Of a stretch of DNA of 64,000 nt, positions 63,501 through 64,000 are shown in pieces. The stretch covers positions 39,990,001 to 40,054,000 of the forward strand of contig CAIIXF020000001.1 in assembly GCA_903813345.2 (NCBI GenBank), written 5' to 3'. The DNA is from Owenia fusiformis. Lineage: Eukaryota. Every line of letters starts with the position of its first letter. Positions within the stretch are counted from its first letter, which is position 1. The position numbers and the translations under genes were made by a program. The notes beneath the pieces were generated by a model. That model saw only the letters and a list, made by a program, of their open reading frames with translations. It was not told the origin of the DNA and searched no databases.

Positions 63501-64000
63501 GGGCACTTTCATTCTAAACAATGGAGGAAAGACCACACAACCTACTGTGGCATTCGTCTTAAATGGTAATACAATTTCTGGGGGAATTCGAACAGAAACA
63601 GAAAATAACACACCAAACCCAACTGCTGACCACTTGTTCCAGGTATGGGCATTTCATTATCGCAACGTCGATTAAACGAGAATGAATATCATTAGAGATT
63701 TTGATCCTACGTCTATGTTCATACTGACCCTGATTTAAAATAATTATATAACCAAAATATAAAGAAAATGAGTTTAATTAGGTTATTAAATTATACCAAC
63801 GTCAAAAGTAGAGGACCACACTTTGCTTATTTACATTTTTAAATGGTCAGTGTTTGACATTAAATGTACACTTGTATTCATTCAATTTTGTATTTATTTC
63901 ATATGTAGCCGCTCAATGGAGATGGGTGGCACTTTGTGGCATTCATTTACGAAGACCCACAATCGACACTCTACACAGACACCTCTAAGAATTCTGTGAC
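57520..64000 (+). CDS. Secreted protein B: tandem paralog of protein A (signal peptide + two chitin-binding-like modules + LamG); truncated at the right edge
   Basis: Exons 57520-57586, 57872-57922, 58171-58344, 58646-58714, 63015-63167, 63269-63642, 63909->64000; phases consistent. MLTPVVWLAICVAALEA; CPYETGSDCCHF...EQRCQTGLAWNNDLCEC; ECCIE...WCPEGQMMNLKECACEWP; SCRYWPFE, FSIAFWVK, GNTISGG, PTADHLFQ, DGWHFVAFIYEDP. Confidence 0.9.
58778..62910. mobile_element. 4.1-kb foldback-type DNA element in intron 4 of protein B
   Basis: Outer arms 58778-~59490 / ~62188-62910 are nearly identical inverted repeats; inner arms ~59495-60150 / ~61375-62035 are clearly more diverged; no ORF. The flanks allow either a 3-bp TGT TSD (58775-58777 / 62911-62913) or a TA TSD. 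Shares a subterminal module with the 523-4564 element. Confidence 0.9.

Overview
AT-rich, intron-containing eukaryotic DNA from an animal, probably a lophotrochozoan-type invertebrate (inferred from the gene and repeat families, not proven). The short ORFs in the track are mostly noise. Real genes had to be rebuilt by hand from GT-AG exons with consistent phases. Supported genes: (1) a minus-strand PLP-dependent acidic amino acid decarboxylase (CSAD/GADL1-like; 11 exons in the window, 3' end not found before the left edge); (2) CCDC12/Cwf18 splicing factor (+, 5 exons, 164 aa); (3) a CNBD2-like cyclic-nucleotide-binding protein (-, 11 exons, about 811 aa); (4) two small secreted cysteine-rich proteins (40.6 kb and 49.6-51.2 kb) that share a motif and an intron position and that I cannot assign to a named family; (5) two tandem paralogous secreted proteins with two chitin-binding-like (CBM14/peritrophin-A) modules plus a LamG/ConA-like domain (Pif/LamG3-like architecture), the second truncated at the right edge. 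Introns and intergenic DNA are packed with non-autonomous DNA transposons, several with readable TIRs and TSDs. They also hold two related 4-kb foldback elements, a Helentron-type element carrying a 135-bp satellite, LINE relics, a tRNA-derived SINE head and several recent local tandem duplications. The most interesting region is the secreted-protein cluster at 40.5-64 kb.
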